Assembly (NCBI RefSeq): GCF_018398935.1
Contig: NZ_CP074694.1
Coordinates: 3,120,001-3,152,000, forward strand
Direction of reading: 5' to 3'
Source of the DNA: Telmatocola sphagniphila
Lineage (GTDB): Bacteria > Planctomycetota > Planctomycetia > Gemmatales > Gemmataceae
DNA: 32,000 bases
Shown here: positions 24,783 through 32,000 of the stretch, piece by piece
Layout of the letters: each line of letters begins with the position of its first letter
Position numbering within the stretch: position 1 is the stretch's first letter
The notes under the pieces: model-generated
What the model saw: only the letters and a program-made list of their open reading frames with translations
What the model was told of the DNA's origin: nothing
Databases searched by the model: none
Position numbers and translations under genes: made by a program

Positions 24783-25805
24783 CTACAAGCCCAATCTCGC
24801 AATCGCCGCATCGAGTATTTTTCCAATCAAGGCTTCGTACGGCACACCCTGCAACTGGGCAATTAGGCAGATATCGCCGGTGTCGGGATTCAGTCCCGGT
24901 AATGGGTTGGCCTCCAGGAAGTAGGGTATGCCATCCCGAATCCGAAAATCAATTCTCGCGAAGTCCCGACAACCGAGAATATCGTAAGCGGCTAAGGCCG
25001 CATTATCGAGAGCGTTTAGCGTCTCCCGGGGCAGCTTTGGCGGGCTGGCATACTCGACCTGATTCTTCCAGTCTCTTTTCACTTCGAGAGAGTAGACGAA
25101 CTCTCGGGTGGGCTTTCGCGGCACGATCTGCAAGGCCCCAAATACCTCCGCACTACTGCCGTTTCCGGTGATGCCCACTGTAACTTCATGCCCTTCTATG
25201 AACTCCTCGACCAGCACCGGTTGTTTATAGTCGTGCCAGAGCGAAATTACCGTTGGACCGAAATCCTCCGCATTTTTAATGAGGCACTTATTTCGAATCC
25301 CCTTGGAGGACCCCTCGCAAGTCGGCTTAACAATCACCGGAAGCGTCAGTTGCGATTCCGTCAACATGCTGGCGAATTCGGACATGTCGCCGTCGTACTT
25401 CTGCTCGGGAAACTGGAGCACAATTCCTGGGGCGATCATCACGTCCGCATCTTCGACCGTTCTTCGCGCGAGATCTTTATCGAGGGCCAGCCCCAGAGTG
25501 AGAGGGTCAGAACCGCAATAGGGGATATTCAGCATCTCACAAACCGCCGGGACGCGCGATTCACGCGACCGGCTGATGCCGTGCCCTTCAGAAAGGTTGA
25601 AAACGAGATCGGGCGCCGATTTCAGCACGGCCTCAATGAACTCCCGGCCTCCCCCCAATGAGACCACTTCGTGGCCCCGCTGTCGGAAAACTTTGGCGAG
25701 AGCCTCGATGGTGTCGAGATTGTCGAACTCTTCATACATATCATCCGGGGCATTGGCCGGGGCCGGCGATTTCGGCTTGAGGTCGAATGCGATGCCAATT
25801 TTCAT
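24783..25805 (-). CDS. D-alanine--D-alanine ligase family ATP-grasp protein (non-canonical N-terminus)
   Basis: LNIPYCGSDPLTLGLALDKDLAR, PVIVKPTCEGSSKGI, VLVEEFIEGHEVTVGI, ARIDFRI...YFLEANPLPGL follow the ATP-grasp / Ddl layout. Confidence 0.8.
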   Translation of the reverse strand: MKIGIAFDLKPKSPAPANAPDDMYEEFDNLDTIEALAKVFRQRGHEVVSLGGGREFIEAVLKSAPDLVFNLSEGHGISRSRESRVPAVCEMLNIPYCGSDPLTLGLALDKDLARRTVEDADVMIAPGIVLQFPEQKYDGDMSEFASMLTESQLTLPVIVKPTCEGSSKGIRNKCLIKNAEDFGPTVISLWHDYKQPVLVEEFIEGHEVTVGITGNGSSAEVFGALQIVPRKPTREFVYSLEVKRDWKNQVEYASPPKLPRETLNALDNAALAAYDILGCRDFARIDFRIRDGIPYFLEANPLPGLNPDTGDICLIAQLQGVPYEALIGKILDAAIARLGL

Positions 25806-25829
25806 GGAATTCCTTGAAGTGTGCGGATC

Positions 25830-26483
25830 TCATAATTCCCGAGCTCGACGCTCCAGATCGTCGATATCCTCACGCTGGACTTTCGGTTTCGGGGGGGCGG
25901 CCTGCCATTCCCCATCGGGGGGATCGAGGGAGAGTTCCGTTGTATAAGCTTCCAGTTCGGAAGTCAGGTCGTAAGTAAAGTTGTTCGTTTTTCGAAGCTT
26001 CAATTCCCGGCGGTAGCTGGCCGTCTGAACCCAGAAGGAGACACTACTGCAGGCGATTGCAATCAGGAACGCGACATTGACCAGCTTAATGAAGGGAGAT
26101 TGAGATATCTCGGAAGCTATACTCGCGAAAATCTCCAGAATCGTGGCCCAGGACCAGACTTGCCCCGCCTTGAACGCGAAACTTTCCCCTGCCGTATTCC
26201 ATCCTCGATCTGAATACTCATTCTGTAAGGAGCGCGGAATCTGCTTCGCCAGCACGTGAACCCAGAAGAGATTCAGGATCGGAACCAGCAGCAACCAGAC
26301 GAGCCCGGGTTCCAGGGTGCGATTTCGCCGTTTCACCGCTTCTAATGTGCGCTGCAGGGAAATCAAAAAGAGAATCGAAGTGGCCAGATACACCAGAACG
26401 ACAATAAAAATGGCTACCAGCGCAATAATTATCGCGGCCTGCTGTGCCGGTTGTGCATTGGCCTGAGGAAAGCCTGGTCCCAT
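25830..26483 (-). CDS. integral membrane protein of unknown function (possibly DUF4328-like)
   Basis: About four hydrophobic helices plus a charged C-terminal tail. It ends 24 nt upstream of the ATP-grasp gene on the same strand. Confidence 0.6.
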   Translation of the reverse strand: MGPGFPQANAQPAQQAAIIIALVAIFIVVLVYLATSILFLISLQRTLEAVKRRNRTLEPGLVWLLLVPILNLFWVHVLAKQIPRSLQNEYSDRGWNTAGESFAFKAGQVWSWATILEIFASIASEISQSPFIKLVNVAFLIAIACSSVSFWVQTASYRRELKLRKTNNFTYDLTSELEAYTTELSLDPPDGEWQAAPPKPKVQREDIDDLERRAREL

Positions 26484-26721
26484 TTCGCTCTCACGTTTTC
26501 AATTCGTTTTAGCTCAGTATACAACAATACCCGAGTCGGATGAAAGGGTCTGAGCTCTCCACCAAACAATAAATTTATAGGACTTCGCCGCTGGTCGAAT
26601 CCCGTCAAGGACCAAATCGCTCGGAGATCACTCGTCTCGAACAGGAAAGGAGAAACGGCGGGTTGCTAGCCGATTCTCATGAAACTTTCCTCTTCTGGGT
26701 CTAGCTCTATCCGAGAAGCAT

Positions 26722-27387
26722 TTGGCTTTACTTTCCGAGTTCCCGAATCCTAAATTAACCTATGTGGTTTGCCGTTCTCCCTGCAAAGATACTCCGCTTG
26801 TGACTGAACACGAATCGTTTCTCCGAATCGTTTGTGAATACCCCGATGAGGATACACCCCGCTTGATTTTTGCCGATTGGCTGGAGGATCAGGGGGAACT
26901 GGCCTCCGCGGAGTTCATTAGAGCGCAGATTCTTCGGGGTGAAGTGACGCAGGTCGTCAGCCATATCCGGCCCGAGATCGCCATTCCCCACTTCCTCTAC
27001 TCCATCGATGTCGATCAGCAAAATGTATCCTCGGTTACCTACAAACGGGGTTTCGTCTGCTCGATCTCGTTGACATCCCGATGTTTTCTGGAAGCGGCCC
27101 CGTCGCTATTCACCAAACATCCCATTACGGAAGTTTTCCTAACCGATAAACGGCCGAACCCCATCGGGCCGCGCGATAACTGTCGATATAGCTGGTTCCG
27201 ACGTTTCCCCGCTCAGTTCGAAAGTTGTTACGATTTACCCGATGGTTTAAAAGTCTTGCTATCGGGAGCCAACCCTTCGGTTTTGTTTGAGACAGAAGCC
27301 CAGGCACATGAGTGGTTTTCCAAACTTTGCGTGGAGCAGGGTCGGAAACTGGCCGATCTACCGTCCTATTACCGACACGATTCGTAG
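26722..27387 (+). CDS. TIGR02996 (Gemmata-type repeat-companion) domain protein
   Basis: ESFLRIVCEYPDEDTPRLIFADWLEDQGELASAEFIRAQ is the signature of this planctomycete paralogous family. The start is uncertain: TTG 26722 per the ORF track, while GTG 26800 (MTEHESFL) would put the domain at the N-terminus as usual. Confidence 0.75.
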   Translation: MALLSEFPNPKLTYVVCRSPCKDTPLVTEHESFLRIVCEYPDEDTPRLIFADWLEDQGELASAEFIRAQILRGEVTQVVSHIRPEIAIPHFLYSIDVDQQNVSSVTYKRGFVCSISLTSRCFLEAAPSLFTKHPITEVFLTDKRPNPIGPRDNCRYSWFRRFPAQFESCYDLPDGLKVLLSGANPSVLFETEAQAHEWFSKLCVEQGRKLADLPSYYRHDS

Positions 27388-27677
27388 TATATAAGACGGA
27401 CCTTTCGTTCTTAGCTAAATTTTCACACTCTAGTTGTCAGTATTTTCCACATTTCTCTCCCAAAAATTAATTCGGGAGCGAGTTCGAACTTGTACAGAAG
27501 ACTCGAGTACTTTACGCTTCCATTACCGGAACGAACCAAACAGGACTCGCAATCCTTTCACCAGGTTCGTTCGATTTCCAATCTGTTGGATCGCAAACTC
27601 TCTCTCCGAACGTCCAGCAGAATGGGGTTACGGTTTTATGACAGTCCCTTCTCGGGAAAAGCGTCTTTTAGTGTGGA

Positions 27678-28262
27678 TTGAATTTCGTGTTAAACTCGAT
27701 TTTGCCCGACGAGACAATGACGGTTGGGGCTAACTCTCCTGAAAAACCCGCCGCAGTCCCCTATTTTCACGGTACGTTGGCGACGCTTTGGTCGCCGCGG
27801 TTGTTTTATCGCGTCTTTGTTCTGCCCGGCGAGCTGATGTTTTTTTTCCTAGGTTCCACCCGGGATGTCTCGAAATCTCAAGCCCCCACTATGGGAGGTT
27901 TGAGGAACGGTTCGAGCTACAGAACCAAAGAGAATTTGCCGATTTTCGATGTGCCAAGCGAAGCCGCCCTGCAGGAAACGCTGGCGAAAAACAAGAATCA
28001 CTTCCGAGTACCACAGTCAGAACTCCAATTTGCGAAGATCGATCGGCCGTTACGGTGGACTTCCTGGATACGACGCTTATCGAGTCATCCGGGCACTTTG
28101 CATATCCAACATCCGGTTGCGGGTTCACAGATCCTCTGCTTCAACAGCATCGACGATATGAGGGTGGCCATCATCGGCTTGCCTATGCTGGTTTCGGATC
28201 AGATCTCGATCCAGGTGGTGTGGAATAAACGAAAGCGCAAATACGAGCGAAAAAGAGTGTGA
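27678..28262 (+). CDS. hypothetical protein, basic C-terminal tail
   Basis: 194-aa ORF; the ATG at 27717 (MTVGANSPEK) is a plausible alternative start. I recognise no motif. It ends in KRKRKYERKRV. Confidence 0.45.
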   Translation: MNFVLNSILPDETMTVGANSPEKPAAVPYFHGTLATLWSPRLFYRVFVLPGELMFFFLGSTRDVSKSQAPTMGGLRNGSSYRTKENLPIFDVPSEAALQETLAKNKNHFRVPQSELQFAKIDRPLRWTSWIRRLSSHPGTLHIQHPVAGSQILCFNSIDDMRVAIIGLPMLVSDQISIQVVWNKRKRKYERKRV

Positions 28263-28533
28263 GCTGGAATCAGAAAGGCTCGAAAAAGCACGAAAAGCGA
28301 GCTAATTAAGCCAGACGGCATAATCTCAAATTCTGTCAACTATGCTTGCATAAGCCCAAAATCTGTTGCAAAGGATTAAAAGAGATTTAATCCACTTATA
28401 GAATTCGCAACGACGGTTCCGGGCGAACGAACTCGTCCAGGGTGGATTTCGCTTAGGTATGTCTCGTGCTGTTGGTGGGTAAACGACTTATAGCTCTAAG
28501 TGCGGATGAGTTGGGTTCATTTGAAATGGGGTC

Positions 28534-29016
28534 ATGAAACCACGCCTGATTGAGAAATACCGGATGCACACAACTTCCATTCTCATTGCTAATCCCAACG
28601 ACGTTCCGGCGATCGCGGAGGATCTTCAGGCAGAACTCCACTGGAATGGCTTTACGGTCTGCGATCTCAATCAAGTTCAGCTCTGCACACTTTTGTCGCT
28701 TTTAAAATCCGACTCACCCGATGCCGAGTTCGAACACTATTCCTCCATCCTTCAAGCGGCCCCGATTCCCCACCCGGCCAACGAAACTCAGGTTTTCATC
28801 ATTCCTGCGAATCTGGTACAGGAACTGGCGGTCCTGGCCGATCTTGACCAGTCGGAGTTTATATCGTTGAGTATTGCCTGGGTTATGACCGATGAAATGA
28901 ACGACTGGACAGTACCCGAAGTGGGAGAGTTGCTCCACGATCTGGGATATTTAGCACAAGCGACCCTAGCCAAAAACCAATCGATTGTTCTTCGGGTTTG
29001 CCAATCCGAAGACTGA
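28534..29016 (+). CDS. hypothetical acidic protein (160 aa)
   Basis: Clean ATG ORF with ordinary composition and no signal peptide. It has only a vague resemblance to YfbM/DUF1877-like small proteins, which I do not rely on. Confidence 0.5.
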   Translation: MKPRLIEKYRMHTTSILIANPNDVPAIAEDLQAELHWNGFTVCDLNQVQLCTLLSLLKSDSPDAEFEHYSSILQAAPIPHPANETQVFIIPANLVQELAVLADLDQSEFISLSIAWVMTDEMNDWTVPEVGELLHDLGYLAQATLAKNQSIVLRVCQSED

Positions 29017-29204
29017 CAGTTTTTATGAAGTGCCTGCGGTAGAATGAGCTAGTTCTCTTTCAACCAAAAGGAACTTTCCCCGTGCGCTTAAGAAAGTAAA
29101 TCGCGAACGCCCTCGCCTGGGAAATCGAACAAGCGATAGGGCCCGAACAGCGCGCAACGCTTTTTCATTTCATTGCGGCTACGACTGGACTGACCACACT
29201 ACTC

Positions 29205-29393
29205 TTGATCGCACTCTTCTTTCGGAATCTTCTGGGATTTTATGGCTGGTTTTTGGGTGTTCCCCTCGGAATAGTGCTGGGATTTGTGGTGATGGTCGTC
29301 ACCTTCCGCTTAGTGATTACCGTAATGATGCGGGTGGCTCGCTGGCTTGAGGGTGATGGAGAGCAAACCCAAGATTCCGCTCAGAATTCGTAA
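29205..29393 (+). CDS. possible small membrane protein (62 aa, TTG start)
   Basis: It has two hydrophobic segments (LLGFYGWFLGVPLGIVLGFVVMVVTF). It starts at a non-ATG codon and I saw no RBS, so this may not be a gene. Confidence 0.3.
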   Translation: MIALFFRNLLGFYGWFLGVPLGIVLGFVVMVVTFRLVITVMMRVARWLEGDGEQTQDSAQNS

Positions 29394-29562
29394 TCAGTGT
29401 TTCCCTCGCACTGCCGTGAAAAAAACCTAGTAGATCGCTGCCAGCCAACATTAAATCAAGCTATCAACCTGGTACCGAGCAGCGGGAATCAGAATTTAAA
29501 CTAACAGATAAGTGAATTTTAGTGATTTGACGTAAACTAGAATTGCGTCACTACTTAACCAC

Positions 29563-29636
<74 letters not shown>

Positions 29637-29669
29637 ATATCCTCAAGACAACCTACTAAAGAAAAGGTT

Positions 29670-29685
29670 ATCGCCCGCGGGCGAT
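29670..29685. promoter_or_regulatory. perfect 16-bp GC-rich palindrome ATCGCCCGCGGGCGAT
   Basis: Read directly from the sequence. It lies in the 71-nt divergent gap between the tRNA-Arg 5' end and the GTPase start codon. Confidence 0.3.
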
Positions 29686-29707
29686 TTGTCCAGTCGGAGA
29701 TTTTTCC

Positions 29708-30811
29708 GTGAAGCCACTACGGTTCATCATGATCGGCGGATTCCTCGGCGCCGGTAAGACCACCACCCTCGCACGTCTGGCCCGATATTACATGGATCGC
29801 GGCCAGAAAGTCGGGCTGGTCACCAACGATCAAGCCCAGAATCTGGTCGATACCAATAGTCTGCGCTCTCAGGGATTTGATGTCTCGGAAGTGGCCGGGG
29901 CCTGCTTCTGCTGCCGATTCGACGACCTCGTTAATCGAGTCACCCAGCTTCAGGATGACTCCCGACCCGAAATCATCCTGGCCGAGCCGGTCGGCAGCTG
30001 TACCGATCTGGTGGCCACCGTCATTCAGCCGCTGAAGGACCTCTACAAAGGACGTTTCGAGGTCGCTCCCTATGCCGTCCTGTTCAAGCCGAGCCATGGA
30101 CTGAAGATTCTTCGGAACGAATCGTCCGGTTTCTCCCCCAAGGCCGCGTATATCTTCCGCAAACAACTCGAAGAAGCCGATGCTTTGGTGATTAATCGCA
30201 TGGACGAGATCCAACCCGCTCGGCTCGCAGAACTCGAAAAACTGCTGAACACGGAATTCCCCGGTGTTCCCGTCCTGGCGATCTCCGCCAAAACCGGCCA
30301 GGGTTTTGATGCTTTGCCGGAATTGTTGGATCAGCAGGGCGCATTTGGTAAAAAAATTCTAGACATCGATTACGACATCTATGCCGAGGGGGAAGCCGAA
30401 ATGGGTTGGCTGAACTCCAGCGTGCATCTGGTCGCCGAGCGTCCTACCGAGATGGATCCCCTGCTCATGGAAGTAATCGTTCAACTGCAGGATCGCATCC
30501 GGACTCTCGGGGGTGAAGTGGCTCACCTGAAAGTCATCGGCATGGAAGAAGGCGGCGCCTTTGGGGTGGCCAATCTCGTTTCGAGCGCCGGTCAGCCCGA
30601 ATTTTCGCTCCCTTCCAATTCCTTGTTTCAAGTCGCTGATCTTATCATCAATGCCCGAGTGGCTATCGATCCCGAGGCACTTCAGAAAGAAGTCGAGAAG
30701 GTTGTCGCTCAGTCCGCCCTGAGTCGAAATCTTCAGACGGAGTTTCGACAGATCCAGAGTTTGCGCCCCGGTCGCCCGGTTCCCATCCATCGCTATTCGG
30801 AAATAGTATAA
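29708..30811 (+). CDS. G3E-family P-loop GTPase, CobW/COG0523-like, with extended C-terminal domain
   Basis: GTG start with GGAGA 7 nt upstream. Walker A is GGFLGAGKTT. VGLVTNDQAQNLVD..EVAGACFCC aligns to the COG0523 segment ending in GCxCC. It also has AEPVGSCTD (Walker-B-like) and INRMD (NKxD-like). Confidence 0.78.
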   Translation: MKPLRFIMIGGFLGAGKTTTLARLARYYMDRGQKVGLVTNDQAQNLVDTNSLRSQGFDVSEVAGACFCCRFDDLVNRVTQLQDDSRPEIILAEPVGSCTDLVATVIQPLKDLYKGRFEVAPYAVLFKPSHGLKILRNESSGFSPKAAYIFRKQLEEADALVINRMDEIQPARLAELEKLLNTEFPGVPVLAISAKTGQGFDALPELLDQQGAFGKKILDIDYDIYAEGEAEMGWLNSSVHLVAERPTEMDPLLMEVIVQLQDRIRTLGGEVAHLKVIGMEEGGAFGVANLVSSAGQPEFSLPSNSLFQVADLIINARVAIDPEALQKEVEKVVAQSALSRNLQTEFRQIQSLRPGRPVPIHRYSEIV

Positions 30812-30820
30812 AACCAACCT

Positions 30821-31702
30821 ATGCGAACCGAAATCCTCGACCTCGACAACTCCGTGGCCAACCAACCTGAATTGGGTAAAGAGGTTAAACGAAAGCACGA
30901 CCTTACCGAATGGGGTCCCAAAATCCGCATGGGATGCGCCTATTGGCGGTTCAGCTCCTTTGCTCGGAATGTCCCTACTTCGGATCGCCCCCGGCTTAGC
31001 TTTATCGGTTCGGGCGACTTCCATCATGTGACCCTGGCGCTTCTGAAGAAAATTCAGGAACCCTTTCATCTGGTAATCCTCGACAAGCATCCAGACTGGG
31101 TAAAGCTGATGCCGATCATGCACTGCGGCACCTGGTTATCCCATGCGTTGAAACTGCCGCAGGTGAAAAATGTCTATCACTTCGGCGGCGATCTCGACTT
31201 CGATAATTTCCTGCAGAATCTGGCCCCCAGAGGAGCCTTGAAATCGGGACGAGTGAAAGTTTTCCCTTCGCATCGCACCTACACAAAGGGCTTTTGGAAA
31301 AAGATCTCGCACCAGCCCTTGCGGCCGGATGCAGCCAAATCCTGTACCGACGAGAACATCAAGGAATTGCTGAAGCCCCATGCTGAAGAGCTGAGTAAAT
31401 ACCCGCTGTATATTTCGGTCGATAAAGATGTGATGCGGGTCGGAGACTCGGTGGTCAACTGGGATTCAGGTCTATTGCGGCTGAAGGAAATCGAATTACT
31501 CATTTCCAACTTGATCGAGATCAACGGCCAGCCTTTAGTTGGTGCCGATATCGTCGGTGATTGGTCCCGCGTAAGACTTCGGGGTCCTCTGCGGGAAATG
31601 CTCGACTGGTCCGAACATCCTGTACTGGATGTCGATCCCAAATTCAGCCTGGAAACCAATCAGAGCACGAATCTCCGGCTCCTCGATCTGTTCAAAGGAT
31701 AA
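30821..31702 (+). CDS. arginase/ureohydrolase-fold-like metalloenzyme (non-canonical motifs)
   Basis: The motif order FIGSGDFHH ... VILDKHPDW ... YISVDKDVM ... GADIVGDW parallels GGDHS ... DAHxD ... SxDxD ... E/D of arginase/agmatinase binuclear-metal enzymes. The start is 9 nt after the GTPase stop. Confidence 0.55.
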   Translation: MRTEILDLDNSVANQPELGKEVKRKHDLTEWGPKIRMGCAYWRFSSFARNVPTSDRPRLSFIGSGDFHHVTLALLKKIQEPFHLVILDKHPDWVKLMPIMHCGTWLSHALKLPQVKNVYHFGGDLDFDNFLQNLAPRGALKSGRVKVFPSHRTYTKGFWKKISHQPLRPDAAKSCTDENIKELLKPHAEELSKYPLYISVDKDVMRVGDSVVNWDSGLLRLKEIELLISNLIEINGQPLVGADIVGDWSRVRLRGPLREMLDWSEHPVLDVDPKFSLETNQSTNLRLLDLFKG

Positions 31703-31714
31703 CACCTTCGGAGG

Positions 31715-32000
31715 ATGGCTATGGCAACTTTTCCTCGACGGCAGTTCCTGGCGGGAAGCGCCGCTTTGGCCGGTGGTTCCCTCTTGCCCCATCCCGCTCG
31801 CTCCGAAGAACCTGCTAGTCCTCCCGCGCTCTTCAAGTTGGGCATGGTTACCTACAATGTGGCCGCGAACTGGGATCTGCCGACGATTCTCAAGGTCTGC
31901 AAAAATGTCGGGATCGCAGCGGTGGAATGTCGCACCACTCATAAGCACGGCGTCGAGCCGAGCCTCACAGCTTTAGAGCGTTTAACAGTCAAAAAGCAGT
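31715..32000 (+). CDS. Tat-exported sugar phosphate isomerase/epimerase (xylose-isomerase-like TIM barrel), N-terminal part
   Basis: Not in the ORF track (open at the window end). Manual translation gives MAMATFPRRQFLAGSAALAGGSLL (twin-arginine signal) followed by FKLGMVTYNVAANWDLPTILKVCKNVGIAAVECRTTHKHGVEPSL. GGAGGA lies just upstream, and the start is ATG 31715 or 31721. Confidence 0.65.
   Translation, partial: MAMATFPRRQFLAGSAALAGGSLLPHPARSEEPASPPALFKLGMVTYNVAANWDLPTILKVCKNVGIAAVECRTTHKHGVEPSLTALERLTVKKQ

Noticed and set aside
26590-26610. T-arm-like string CTGGTCGAATCCCGTC in the 26.5-kb spacer, a possible tRNA remnant or att site.
   Set aside because: The flanking bases do not form a 5-bp T stem, and no D arm, anticodon arm or acceptor stem can be drawn around it. 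It does not match the 3' end of the nearby tRNA-Arg.
27434-27733. 99-aa TTG-start ORF, and the 63-aa ORF at 27490, in the AT-rich spacer.
   Set aside because: They have non-ATG starts, no RBS and odd composition (R/F/W/C-rich), and they overlap the more plausible start of the 194-aa gene. I treat the region as non-coding.
28373-28393. Hairpin GGATTAAA-AGAGA-TTTAATCC, and the 8-nt direct repeat ACTTATAG (about 28394 and 28484), in the spacer before the 160-aa gene.
   Set aside because: The stem is AT-only and short. An 8-mer recurring once within ~270 nt is near chance expectation. There is no supporting context.
29051-29075. Imperfect hairpin AGTTCTCTTT-CAACC-AAAAGGAACT after the 160-aa gene, as a possible terminator.
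   Set aside because: The stem contains a mismatch and a G-U pair and is followed by TTCCCC rather than a U-tract. It is too weak to call.
26484-29562. A direct repeat of the tRNA-Arg 3' end (TACACCCCACAGGAGTCGAACC on the + strand) that would delimit an integrated island.
   Set aside because: I found no match longer than about 8 nt. CAGGTTCG at ~27563 is in the wrong orientation. Scanning was visual, so a short degenerate att site could have been missed.
29637-29707. Guanidine riboswitch (mini-ykkC / ykkC types) upstream of the GTPase / arginase-fold operon.
   Set aside because: There is only one hairpin, its loop would be CGCG rather than the conserved ACGR, there is no second tandem hairpin, and the other guanidine motifs are not recognisable.

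Overview
This window looks like a chromosomal, mostly housekeeping stretch of a Planctomycetota genome, probably Gemmatales-like. That placement is an inference from a TIGR02996-type 'PRLIFADWLEDQGE' domain protein, a Tat-signal xylose-isomerase-like TIM-barrel protein, tight gene packing and about 50-55% GC on the lines I counted by hand. I call about 35 protein genes and one tRNA. From left to right:
- an argB-argD-argF arginine cluster at the left edge
- a small exported Cys-containing protein, then ispH
- three unknown or exported proteins
- a head-to-tail string of sigma-54 response regulator, mutL and an IMPase-family gene
- a divergent HD-GYP / CPBP-protease pair
- an MFS / GT9 / maf / GNAT string
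- a PolB-exo-like 3'-5' exonuclease
- an orphan acyl carrier protein behind four exported or unknown proteins
- an M20 peptidase, a LOR/SDH (TIGR00300-like) protein and an Sfp-type PPTase
- a Ddl-family ATP-grasp gene with a membrane protein
- about 3 kb of orphan genes with long AT-rich spacers ending at tRNA-Arg(UCG)
- a G3E (CobW-like) GTPase coupled to a non-canonical arginase-fold protein
- the start of a Tat-exported TIM-barrel gene

I saw no CRISPR array, transposase, integrase, reverse transcriptase, defence-type nuclease or large repeat. No novel system can be demonstrated from sequence alone. The best follow-up candidates are:
1. the GTPase + arginase-fold pair (29.7-31.7 kb)
2. the degenerate HD-GYP/CPBP pair, with the tandem-HTH sigma-54 regulator and twin palindromes (8.6-12.4 kb)
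3. the orphan-ACP string (17.0-21.1 kb)
4. the tRNA-proximal orphan stretch (26.5-29.6 kb)

All functional calls rest on motif recognition by eye; no database search was run.
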